The notes beneath the pieces are model-generated. The model made no database searches, had not been told where the DNA came from, and was given only the letters and a program-made list of their open reading frames with translations. The position numbers and the translations under genes are program-made. DNA of 36,030 nt from Nemertoderma westbladi. Lineage: Eukaryota; Animalia; Xenacoelomorpha. Shown one piece after another: positions 1-9,666 of the stretch. Position 1 is the first letter of the stretch. Each line of letters opens with the position of its first letter. The DNA is taken from NCBI GenBank assembly GCA_032718475.1, contig JAUCBJ010002044.1, positions 1-36,030 on the forward strand, in the 5' to 3' direction.

Positions 1-666
1 AAGTCGACTTTTTGGTCGACCAAAAAGTACTTTTTGGTCGACCAATAAGTCGACTTTTTGGTCGACCAAAAAGTACTTTTTGGTCGACCAAAAAGTACTT
101 ATTGGTCGACCAAAAAGTCGACTTTTGGTCGACCAAAAAGTACTTTTTGGTCGACCAAAAAGTACTTTTTGGTCGACCAAAAACTACTTTTTGGTCGACC
201 AAAAAGTCGACTTATTGGTCGACCAAAAAGTACTTTTTGGTCGACCAATAACTCGACTTTTTGGTCGACCAAAAAGTACTTTTTGGTCGACCAAAAAGTA
301 CTTTTTGGTCGACCAAAAAGTCGACTTATTGGTCGACCAAAAAGTACTTTTTGGTCGACCAAAAAGTCGACTTTTTGGTCGACCAAAAAGTACTTTTTGG
401 TCGACCAAAAACTACTTTTTGGTCGACCAATAAGTCGACTTTTTGGTCGACCAAAAAGTACTTTTTGGTCGACCAAAAAGTCGACTTTTTGGTCGACCAA
501 AAACTACTTTTTGGTCGACCAAAAAGTCGACTTTTTGGTCGACCAAAAAGTCGACTTATTGGTCGACCAAAAAGTACTTTTTGGTCGACCAAAAACTACT
601 TTTTGGTCGACCAAAAAGTCGACTTATTGGTCGACCAAAAAGTACTTTTTGGTCGACCAAAAAGTC
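1..666. repeat. Palindromic satellite: 18-bp palindrome TTTTTGGTCGACCAAAAA joined by GTAC, GTCGAC or CTAC linkers (22/24-bp units, about 29 copies; runs off the window start)
   Basis: Read directly. The core and the GTAC/GTCGAC linkers are palindromic, so the array reads almost the same on both strands; the same VDQKVLFGRPK peptides appear on + and - in the ORF track. Confidence 0.97.
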
Positions 667-907
667 TGGAAGTATTATCCAATAGAAAACATATATATAA
701 CTACAGTATTTTGGAGGTAAAATCAAATTACTGTACCGGTGTACATAAAGCTTTGTTAAACACATTGATCGCTAGGCCTACCGGTACCTAGGATATTAAT
801 CCTTCATCATGATAGTGTTACAGTTTTAAATAACCACCTAATTCACTTAATGTAATTTGATTTTGCCTCGAAAATAGTTGTATGTTTTCTATTGGATAAT
901 ACTTCCA
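667..907. repeat. Unique spacer bounded by about 60-bp inverted repeats, interrupting the palindromic satellite
   Basis: 667-693 TGGAAGTATTATCCAATAGAAAACATA is the exact reverse complement of 881-907. 707-731 matches the reverse complement of 852-876 with 2 mismatches. About 120 bp of non-repeated sequence (732-851) lies between the arms. Confidence 0.9.
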
Positions 908-1045
908 GACTTTTTGGTCGACCAAAAAGTCGACTTATTGGTCGACCAAAAAGTACTTTTTGGTCGACCAAAAACTACTTTTTGGTCGACCAAAAAGTCG
1001 ACTTATTGGTCGACCAAAAAGTACTTTTTGGTCGACCAAAAAGTC
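908..1045. repeat. Second block of the palindromic satellite (6 units)
   Basis: Identical, in direct orientation, to 529-666 (138 bp, offset 379), including the TTATT and CTAC variants. Confidence 0.95.
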
Positions 1046-1099
1046 GCTTCAAAAAAAAAATAAAAAAAAAGTATTAAGTGGCACAATTCAGCCACCGTA
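1046..1099. mobile_element. Putative right terminus of a non-autonomous, satellite-carrying DNA transposon (IS3EU-like TAY..RTA end)
   Basis: The satellite ends in an A-run, then AAGTGGCACAATTCAGCCACCGTA; the opposite strand starts TACGGTGGC. The other end is outside the window, so TIR and TSD cannot be confirmed. Confidence 0.4.
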
Positions 1100-1582
1100 G
1101 GTGGTAGCATCAACTTGTAGTATTTCTTTCTGATAGGGCTCCCACAGCCTTAGACGAAATCGTAGCTTGTACTGCAGTTAGCCTTAGCAGCAGCTGCAGT
1201 TAGTTGGTTAACCTGGCATTGCTACCACCAGTTTCCACCAAATATAGTTTGTAATTAAATATTTGTTGGAGCATAATCTAATCTAGTCCTAAAGACACTA
1301 TAAAGTCCTGGCCCTGGGTATATAAGGCTGTAAGGTTAGACATAACATGAATGTACAGTAAATTGTAAACTAAACAATATGCTAAAAGTAAAGTACAAAG
1401 TACCTAGAATGCTAGAATGTACAATGTACCATTATATTCTAAGTACAGTACAGTCAGTCAGTACACTGAAGATACATACAGCTGTACAGAGCTGCAAAGG
1501 TAACTTTCCATAACTTAACAGCTGTCTGGCTGTCTCTCATCTGTCATGCTTCATGTACCTTTACGTTCGATTCTCAATGTCA

Positions 1583-1879
1583 CGTCCAAAATTTGACTTA
1601 AAGTCCAATATTGGACTTTTGTAAAAATTCAAAGCCTTATAAAAAAAGTTCCCCCTGGTGAATTTCAGGTCCCCCTGTCTGCCTTTTCAAAACTCTTATT
1701 TTTTGATATATTTTCAATTAAAGAAAAAAAATCCCGCCCGATCCAATTACCCAAGGCCCTGGAACAATTGGCTGATTTGAAGTCCAATATTGGACTCACA
1801 GAAGTCCAATTTTTGGACTTGAACTGGAGTCGAAGTCCAATTTTGGACTCAAGTCCAATTTTTGACTTCTCACCGACTG
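1583..1879. repeat. Cluster of palindromic AAGTCCAA(T/A)nTTGGACTT motifs, probably the subterminal region of a non-autonomous DNA transposon
   Basis: Perfect 20-bp palindrome AAAGTCCAATATTGGACTTT at 1600-1619, a 16-bp copy at 1781-1796 and several degenerate copies to 1868. The cluster ends in CACCGACTG (CAGTCGGTG on minus, a hAT-like terminus); the matching end was not found. Confidence 0.6.
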
Positions 1880-2058
1880 ATTTAAGGTGTCGTGCCGTAT
1901 TTACAACATTCTGACATTAGGCTAAACTACTAACAGAACAAGTTCAGAAGTTTATTATTATTATTACAGTACAGCAGTCAGGCAGTAGGCCTACCGCTAC
2001 CGGTATTACAGTATTCAGGTATTAGGCAGTATTACAGTATGATTATTATTACAGTATG

Positions 2059-2804
2059 ATGCCTACCGGTAATCATTGTTGTGTATTCAGGTATTTGGCT
2101 GACGGCAATTACGCAGGAAATCCCGTTCGCGCACGCGCAGTGAAACTTCCTCCTGTCGGAGCCGAACGAGATCAGTGGATAGCCGCGCTACCACGACGCA
2201 GTGCAGACAGACTCCGCAGACTGGCAGATGACGGCTCTCCGTTTAAGTCCGGAAGCACTGCCGTCATTTGTATTCAACATTGGCCAGAGTTTCCGGCGGG
2301 AATTCCGTACAAAAGTCCCTGGCTGCCTGGCGGTTCCTTGCGACCAACAATACATCCATTCTACTTCCCTGGAGTTCCCTTATCGTGTGTTCCACCGCGA
2401 CCCCCCACTCCACGAGAACTCCCTCCCATTGACAGATTGAGGAACGCCAACTTCAGTTGCTCATTGAGCGCGATTTAATTGGGGGCTTTTTGCAGCTGAT
2501 TGAACCCGTTGTTTCTACGTGGCTAAAGGGAATCGCAAAGAGTATCACCTGTTATGGTGGACCATGGCGTCTGCTGCGTGGGTGGATGCTTTCCTGGTGG
2601 AACCATACGGTACTACAAACAACTAACTCAAGTAGTGCACATGATTGCGGTCTATTACGGTATCTCCCACTGCCACCAATAGCTGCTTGCTGTATCCTAG
2701 CAAACACTCTTCTTAATGGAGTACAAAGCGATCCATGGAAAGGCAGAAACGACGCGACTCGCATTCTGGCGATACGGCCGCACAAGCTAAATTCCTCCGA
2801 ATAA
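2059..2804 (+). pseudogene. Degenerate THAP zinc-finger N-terminus, P-element-like transposase relic
   Basis: ORF 2056-2478 has MPTGNHCCV..GNY, then KLPP..ERDQWIAALP, VICIQHWP and RPTIHPFYFPGVPLSC, which is the THAP C2CH layout with the second Cys lost. It appears to continue after a frameshift (EERQLQLLIERDLI). No catalytic domain was seen. Confidence 0.65.
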
Positions 2805-3188
2805 CGGGAAGGGGACAAAATAAATAAATATTATTGTATACCAGGCCGAAATATGATATCGTTTCGTATCACGTCAAACTGTGAACTGAGATATTTCTCT
2901 ACAGGGGGTCACACATTGAGTCCGAGCCCGGAGAGACTCTTTAATATGATATATACAGAGGAGTCTACAGGGGTGTCACTCTTAATTTTCCGGTTTAAGT
3001 TTAAAATTCGGGATTGCTACTTAATCAATTTATTAATATTTTTTATTAATAATAATAATCAATAATTTGATTGATTGATTGATATTAATGATGTGCCCGT
3101 ATCGGGGCCATTGATGTGTTTTCACTCTGGGGTGGGGAATATTGGGTCGGCTATCGTAATAAATAATAAAGTAATAACATTACCTACT

Positions 3189-3290
3189 AGTAATATAAAG
3201 TAAGTACGTAATAGTAATATAAAGTAAGTACGTAATAGTAATATAAAGTAAGTACCTAATAGTAATATAAAGAACCTAATAATAATATCC
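3189..3290 (+). repeat. 24-bp tandem repeat AGTAATATAAAGTAAGTACGTAAT (about 4 copies), followed by a poly-G run at 3324-3350
   Basis: Read directly. Confidence 0.85.
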
Positions 3291-3589
3291 CTATAAAGTA
3301 ATAATATCAGAAAGGCAGTTGATGGGGGGGGGGGGGGGGGGGGGGGGGGGTAGGTACCTGGAACCTGGCTTGAGAACTGTTAGGATTGTAAATGACCTGA
3401 GATAAAGAATATAGAGAGAGGGAGGTCCATGTATATTGTGGGGTGAGACAATATACTGCTAGTATAATCCGTTATCATATGTGTTACAACATTCCCCTAC
3501 CAATAGGGATACTTTTCACATCGTTTTTATGTCGCACAATGTACTAAACACGGTCGTTCTAAACTATATTGAATAGTTAGTTTTCAATA

Positions 3590-4670
3590 ATGAATAAATT
3601 GGCTGCTACAAACCTGGATAGGTCCGTATTGTTGTGCCTACATGCTTACTACTCAAAATCTAATGCTATATTGAAAATTAATGGGATGGTCAATGTCACT
3701 AGAATACCTCTTCGGTGTGGGGTACGTCAAGGTGGAGTTCTCTCTCCAACTCTTTTCAATATTTATCAAACAGATCTCTTCAACGAATTGGAGGACTCTG
3801 GTTTAGGTCTCTATGTCAATAAAGAAGCATACCCCTCAATAAGTTACGCAGATGATATTCTGCTTCTATCAAATTTAAAGTCAAGTATACATGAGATGCT
3901 ATATATGTGTGAGCAGTACTTTGAAATCAACAATCTGACCGTCAATGTTAAGAAAACTCACTTTGTGATTTGTAGATAGCCGAACATCTGTTATTACTGA
4001 TCAGATAGTGACGACCCAGGGGGAGTTTATTAAACCAATAGCATCTCTTAAATTTTTAGGACTTCCACTTCCTGCGAATATTTTTAGGACTTCCACTTCC
4101 TGCGAATACCCGCAACGTGTATGACCACTTCATTCAACGCATATGGATGAACGTAGCTAGAATGAACATACGAGGTCTCACAGTTGACAAGAGTGCAATG
4201 TGTGCACCGTCAATTCTGTATGGACCTGCATTATAGATAAACAAAACTGTGAGTCCTTGTCTATTGCTTGGCGGAAAGCACTAAGGGCTATACTGAAATT
4301 GGGATGCTATATCTCAAACAAGTGCCTACGGGGGATCTTATCGTTACACGACTTTAGAACTCTGGTTTGGCAAAACCAGGCAAGGTGTATATACTCATCC
4401 TTTAACTGCGACAACAATAAAATTGCGTATTACTACAGTTACATTCTTGTCTCTCACTTGGCGGGTATTGACCGTGAAACCCTATTCCTGGATTATGAAA
4501 TTGGGGCCTGGTCACTAGGGCAGGGCTACCTACCCTGAAATCGATTGCTGTCCAAAAATACAGTTTAAAACATTGTTTTAAGATGGTTCCTAGAGAAGAA
4601 CTCAACTTCTCAATTTCAATTGTTGCTACCTTAGCAGTATTCTAGGAATCCGAAACATAGATAAAGATTT
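3590..4670 (+). mobile_element. Decayed 5'-truncated LINE fragment (RT core and C-terminus; Proto2/RTEX-like, clade tentative)
   Basis: GVRQGGVLSPTLFNIY, SYADD and NVKKT in ORF 3590-3979; LKFLG near 4047; a C-terminal AWRKALRAIL segment in 4200-4538. Broken by stops and a 28-bp tandem duplication (4053-4080/4081-4108). Confidence 0.85.
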
Positions 4671-4726
4671 CAAACATACTACTACTACTACTACTAGGAT
4701 CGGCATGCTGCATTGCAGCTGCATTT

Positions 4727-6622
4727 TTAAGAATGCTGTGCCGGCTTGTCAACAAAATTGCACCGCCACAACTCCCTATCACCCATGACATTTGCTAGAT
4801 CATCCGCATCTTTAAGGCCAGTGTCCTTTAAGATGCGTCTCAAGAAAGTCATGGGCTGTCCACCATGCTTATTCACTCCATGAGGCTGCCAAAGTACAAG
4901 ATTATGCACTGGCTGGTCCTCACGGCGAAAGCAATGTCCTGCAAAGCGGAGGCGATTTTGTTCTAGTGTCAAGCTTGGGGGAACCAATGAGACACCTCCA
5001 ATGTTATATAGTGTCTGGTTGGAGATGTGTGCATTGTACTTGACACAATGAACCCGGCGTAGCATTCTTGTGAATGTGCCATCCAGAGATTTGGTGTCCT
5101 CAGCAGTTAGAGCCCAGCATGGACTCCCGTAGAGGAGTACTGGAACTACTGCTGCTCTAAATAATCGGACCTTAAGTTTCCGATTAATTCTCGGTGACTT
5201 CCAAATCCTGGAAAGCCTATTCAAGGCTGCCCATGCCTTTCCCTTACGTATTCGAAGGTCCTCACCTGACTTCCGGATCCATGATCCCAGGTAACAGAAG
5301 TCGTCCACATGCTCAAGCATACCATCCTTTGAGCTTATGCTCATCCGATCAGAGACTTGCTGAGGACTTTCAAAGTTAACTGTCAGAATTTTGGTCTTTC
5401 TGGAGTTAATAAAAAGACCAACACTAGAAGCAGCATGTTCTAATGAGCTGAGGAGCCGTTGGGCTCCCTCTAATGATTCTGAGAGTACTCCTAAGTCATC
5501 AGCAAAGTCTAGATCAGTTAGGTACTTGGCAGGATTTCCTCGACTTCTGGAGCCAGTAGGTGGAGTTATCATCACCCCATCATCATTATGATGATCTAAG
5601 GACATGCGTAGAACATAGTCAACCACAATAATGAACAAGAATGGTGCAAGTGTGTCTCCTTGGAGGACGCCCCATAACACTTCAAATGGTTCTGTGTCAC
5701 CGTCAACAGTAGACACAAATGTTGTCGAACCATCGTATACTGATCTGATTGCTGCAATAATTTCATCAGGAATCCCATATAATGAAAGTATGCTGAACAT
5801 ACGTGAGCGAGAGACTGAATCAAAGGCCTTGAAGAAGTCAACAAAGATAACAGCCAGATGCCTGTCTTTCTTTTTTGATAACTCTTCAATTATCCTTCTA
5901 AGTGCCAAAATGGGCTCCATGGTCCCACGACCTTTACGGAACCCATTCTGATTTCCACGGAGCAGTCTCTCAATGGGATCCCTGATGCGATTTAATAGAA
6001 TTCTATTGTATAGCTTTGCAGCAATCGAGATCAATGAGATTCCCCGAAAAGAACCATAGAGTGTTAGGTTGCCCTTCTTGGGAACTGGCACCAACTTATT
6101 TGTTTTCATTTCTTGTGGGACTCTTGTTGTTCGGTACATGTCTACTATGATGGGATAGATGAGCTTTAAACACTCAGGTATTTTAAAGACCTCAGGGGGA
6201 ACACCATCTACTCCACTGGCACGATTGGTCTTAATGCTCTTTGCAGCAGCCTTCACTTCTGCAAAGGAGATATCGCCAATGGGAATATCTGGGAGTACAG
6301 ACTCAGACACTTTTACTTCTATAAAGTTATCAGGCAATACCCTGTCATTATTGAGGAGCTTTTCAAAGTGGGCCTTCCAACCATTGAGGCGATCGGCTGG
6401 TGATTCAGCCTTAACCTTGGTGGTTGGTTGGCTTTTCCAACCAGTAAGCAAGTTGATCGACTTCCATGCCTGGGATGATTGCCTGCTGTCGTCAGCATCA
6501 TTGATTGCATCAACCTGTTTGTTTATTAGCTCCTGTAGATTAACATAGTACTGTCTGTTCAGGGACCTAGATGCAGCCTTAACTGCATTCTTGGCTGCTG
6601 TAGTTTGTTTGAGTCGGGACAT
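4727..6622 (-). CDS. Reverse transcriptase portion of the RTE LINE ORF (631 aa, open)
   Basis: GVDGVP, VPVPKKG, FRGISL, QNGFRKGR, FVDFFKAFDSV, GVLQGDTLAPFLF, DFADD, FCYLGS and RLRFAGHC motifs. The listed Met is internal to the original single ORF. Confidence 0.92.
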   Translation of the reverse strand: MSRLKQTTAAKNAVKAASRSLNRQYYVNLQELINKQVDAINDADDSRQSSQAWKSINLLTGWKSQPTTKVKAESPADRLNGWKAHFEKLLNNDRVLPDNFIEVKVSESVLPDIPIGDISFAEVKAAAKSIKTNRASGVDGVPPEVFKIPECLKLIYPIIVDMYRTTRVPQEMKTNKLVPVPKKGNLTLYGSFRGISLISIAAKLYNRILLNRIRDPIERLLRGNQNGFRKGRGTMEPILALRRIIEELSKKKDRHLAVIFVDFFKAFDSVSRSRMFSILSLYGIPDEIIAAIRSVYDGSTTFVSTVDGDTEPFEVLWGVLQGDTLAPFLFIIVVDYVLRMSLDHHNDDGVMITPPTGSRSRGNPAKYLTDLDFADDLGVLSESLEGAQRLLSSLEHAASSVGLFINSRKTKILTVNFESPQQVSDRMSISSKDGMLEHVDDFCYLGSWIRKSGEDLRIRKGKAWAALNRLSRIWKSPRINRKLKVRLFRAAVVPVLLYGSPCWALTAEDTKSLDGTFTRMLRRVHCVKYNAHISNQTLYNIGGVSLVPPSLTLEQNRLRFAGHCFRREDQPVHNLVLWQPHGVNKHGGQPMTFLRRILKDTGLKDADDLANVMGDRELWRCNFVDKPAQHS

Positions 6623-7660
6623 TTTCTGCGCCTTATAGAGGTCATTTCGGCACTTCTGAATTTTGTAGTCAGTCCAGGGGGCCCTTTTCCTGTTTCGAGG
6701 GTATACAGGAACTGTTTCTGCAGCTGCTAACTTAACTGCTTCTGTGAAGGCAGTATAGCCTTCACAGCCTAGTGATCTGCCGCCTCAGAGGCAATAACCT
6801 CATACCTGTTGATCAGCTGTAGTGTGAAGCTGGATCTCACACTTGGCTGTTGCAACAGAGAGGACCAGTCATGCCGCGGCAAGGCAGATTTCGTTGTTCT
6901 GCTAGCACGCAGACTAAGGCGGTGCTGGAGAAGGGTCGAAGTGTAAATGCATTACAGTCTTGTATAGAGCTCCTGTATTTCCTACGAAACAGAATACGGT
7001 CTATCTGGGACTTGTGACCACTGGGTCCACTATGAGTCCATAGCTTTCCAGTTCGCTTCTTGAACTGGGTTCCAGCCGAAAACAATCCATTTCCAGAGAT
7101 AAAATCCTGAAGATGGACAGAATTTCGGTTAACACTATTGCTATAGACCCAGGGCGATGTAGGTGATTGATGCAGACTTGCATTAAAGTCTCCCAGGAAT
7201 GTTAAGAATGCATGCTGATCCACTCCATCAGTTGCTGCTTTTAGATTGCGGTAGAAATTTTCCACCTCTTCTACAGGGGCAACACTATTTGGAGGGTATC
7301 ACACAATGAGAACCACCTTAGGAAACTTCTTAAGCCAGTCTTGAAGAACATGAGAAGTGGCGATTGAGGAGTTGGAGATTGAGTTGTAGTTAGAAGAGTT
7401 AGAGTTGGAGATTTGGTCTATTTTGTCCAATGCTGCATGTGCAGTTGGATTATCAATAGACCAATTCCACCATTGCCACTATCATCTGCTGATTCAAGGG
7501 CGAGTCGCCAACTGCCCCCCATGTCCTTAATCAGAACCTCATCAGTTTGTCCAGTCTGCATTCGGTGCTCTTGAACACCCACTGCACTAAGAGAAAGCTT
7601 ATCTGCCAAGGCAGTCAGCTCACCTTGTCGCATTGGGGACCCGAGTGTTTACTGAGGCTA
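6623..7660 (-). pseudogene. Frameshifted apurinic-like endonuclease region of the RTE LINE
   Basis: SVNTR, GVQEHR, GGIGLL, LGDFNA and QIDRIL motifs are spread over several frames (ORFs 7620-7892, 7418-7633, 6837-7265). Confidence 0.88.
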
Positions 7661-8965
7661 GGCTAGTGACTTGCCTCAGATTCACCAATGGATTGGTTGG
7701 TCGGGGTGGAACATGGAAGTAGCCTCCAACTCTAGAATCCCCCTCCCCCTCACAATCTGGCCTCCCTGGTGACCCAGGGACAGTTGTCATAGCAACAGTT
7801 GTCATGATAACTGTGGCCCGAAAACCAAGTTCAATAAACCCACTATGCACTATGTACGATACAGCGGGGGTATGTTGAAACAGTACAATCATATAGTCAT
7901 AGAATGCTTTGGTCGCTGGTTGCTATTTAGTAGTAGTTCCCGTAGCAACGGTTGTCATAATAACTGTGACTCGAATACAAGTTCAGTATGCGACATACTG
8001 AGGGAATATGTTGATACTGAGGTCGCATAATGGGTAAGGTGGTGTTTGCTATGGCGTGAACCGTAGATTACTGCCCCTAGCAACGGTTGCCACAATTAGA
8101 TAATTAGATCTCCATAATTCCAGAACAATATTATATTTTCCCGTTACCTTTCAGCTGGTTGCCAGTCATTTGTTAAAATCTGACTATAATTTTTAAACAA
8201 AAATCCAACTTAAACCATAATTCCATTAAACTATAATTTTTAGAAAATTATTGCACTCTACATTATATATTATCCTCACACAAAAACAGATTCACTAACC
8301 TTCAAGTCGTCAGGCTGCGAGTCGCCGGTGGTTCTAACTCATTTTTTTGGTTTTAATGTACCCTCGGCCTGTCTATGGACGAAGCAATCGTGGCGTCAGT
8401 GCGACTCTCGGGACGTCTTCCAGAGTCGAGGCTGCTGTTCACGAAATGGCGAAATCTTTTAATTAATTTAATCCGTTAAACCGGACAGTTGCGATGTGGA
8501 ACGCCAGTGTCAGTCCGTTGTGGCCCAGCCAGATACTCTTTGTTGTTACAGAAGGGAGCGGGGGGTGGGGGGGGGGATACAGTATCTCTACCGTTCGCGG
8601 GACAAATGAAGGGATAATCCATTCATCCACCACCTCTTGAAAAATCTTCTACTCCACAACTTGTTCGTTGAGGATAGATTATAACTTATTATGTTCTACT
8701 GTTCACAATTTTTCAATGGATAGTTTGTTCTATGGGATAATTCTTTCAGATTCAAGTACAAGTTCCCCCTTTCTTTGGAGTTTTTTTTATGATGACAGAT
8801 AATAATAATTTGCGCTTGAACTTTTATTGTGTGTTTTTAATAGACTGTGTCAGGTAGTAGGTGGATGAGTATATTAATTAAGCTATTGAATGATATTGTA
8901 ATAAGTTGTCATTTATTGAAAAAAATGAGAAAGCGCGTCACCGGGGGTTGAACCAGCGTTTTACC

Positions 8966-8993
8966 TACGTTTCGGCCTAACAGACCTCTTCAG
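8966..8993 (-). ncRNA. Minimal type I hammerhead-ribozyme-like core (Penelope/retrozyme type), stem I imperfect
   Basis: Minus strand reads CUGAAGA-GGUCU-GUU-AGGCC-GAAA-CG-UA: both catalytic boxes, a 5-bp stem II and a palindromic minimal stem III. Flanks (UGCUA / GGUA) pair poorly. Confidence 0.55.
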
Positions 8994-9666
8994 TAGCACT
9001 AATAGCACTAATAATACCACTCTCCCCTGACATTCACCTTTCTATTTATTCCACTTCTATAATGAACAGGCAGACTTTAGTGGCATATCTACAGTAGTTA
9101 CATATGAACAGCTCAACTACGGTACAATTCATTTATTTAATTAAGCTAAAAACTCTTTAAGATTAATATAATAATAATTTATCACTATAGACGTCTTATC
9201 GTTTTATCGTCTTATCGTTAAATTGACGAAAAATGCAAAACTTATCGAAAAACTTATCACCCTTCATCGGTGCACATCTGTAAAGACATGAAGTTATATT
9301 TAATTTATGAAACTAAAATGTTATCTATCAATGCCCATTTATTTTAGGTTCGTTGTTGTTAAGAAAGCCTTCATTGTTTTGCAGGTTTAACCTCGTTTAT
9401 ACAAGGCATCAGTATAATTTTGTCGATGGTGTATTATTGTTTTGATACACTGCCCAACAATATAATACCGGTATTTATAATATTTTGTGTTGGAATACCG
9501 GTACTACAACATACTGTAATTATACTTATGTAATTTTCACAGAATATTGAAATGTGCTATCTAATGATGGAAACATTTATACTTAAGCAAATTTTACAGT
9601 ACAGAACAGAAATGTGTTAATCAAATTATAGAAATAATTAATTTCGATATTTGTCAACATCACATC

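Larger units (their letters stand above)
4677..7780 (-). mobile_element. Near-full-length RTE-clade LINE, copy 1 (APE + RT, short 3' UTR, (TAG)n tail)
   Basis: APE fragments at 6837-7660, a 631-aa RT ORF, a 30-nt 3' UTR and a tail read as (CTA)n on + at 4677-4696. The same 3' end and tail recur at 27148-27286. The 5' boundary is approximate and no TSD was found. Confidence 0.93.

Noticed and set aside
1-666. CRISPR array (palindromic repeats)
   Set aside because: Linkers are 4-6 bp and of only three kinds; there are no unique spacers and no cas genes, and the context is eukaryotic.
12-1077. Many overlapping ORFs with VDQKVLFGRPK/FWSTKK peptides
   Set aside because: By-products of a stop-poor palindromic satellite; the same peptides appear on both strands and in all frames.
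3089-3450. Solo LTR (TG...CA bounded segment)
   Set aside because: Flanks do not give a matching 4-6-bp TSD, and there is no second copy, PBS or PPT in the window.
5194-6548. Plus-strand ORFs over the RTE RT (and similar antisense ORFs over the MFS gene, CRE element and FReD exon)
   Set aside because: Antisense shadows of real coding frames with no recognisable domains.
8300-8600. GC-richer patch as a continuation of the THAP transposase
   Set aside because: Hand translation of the plus frames gave no recognisable motifs.
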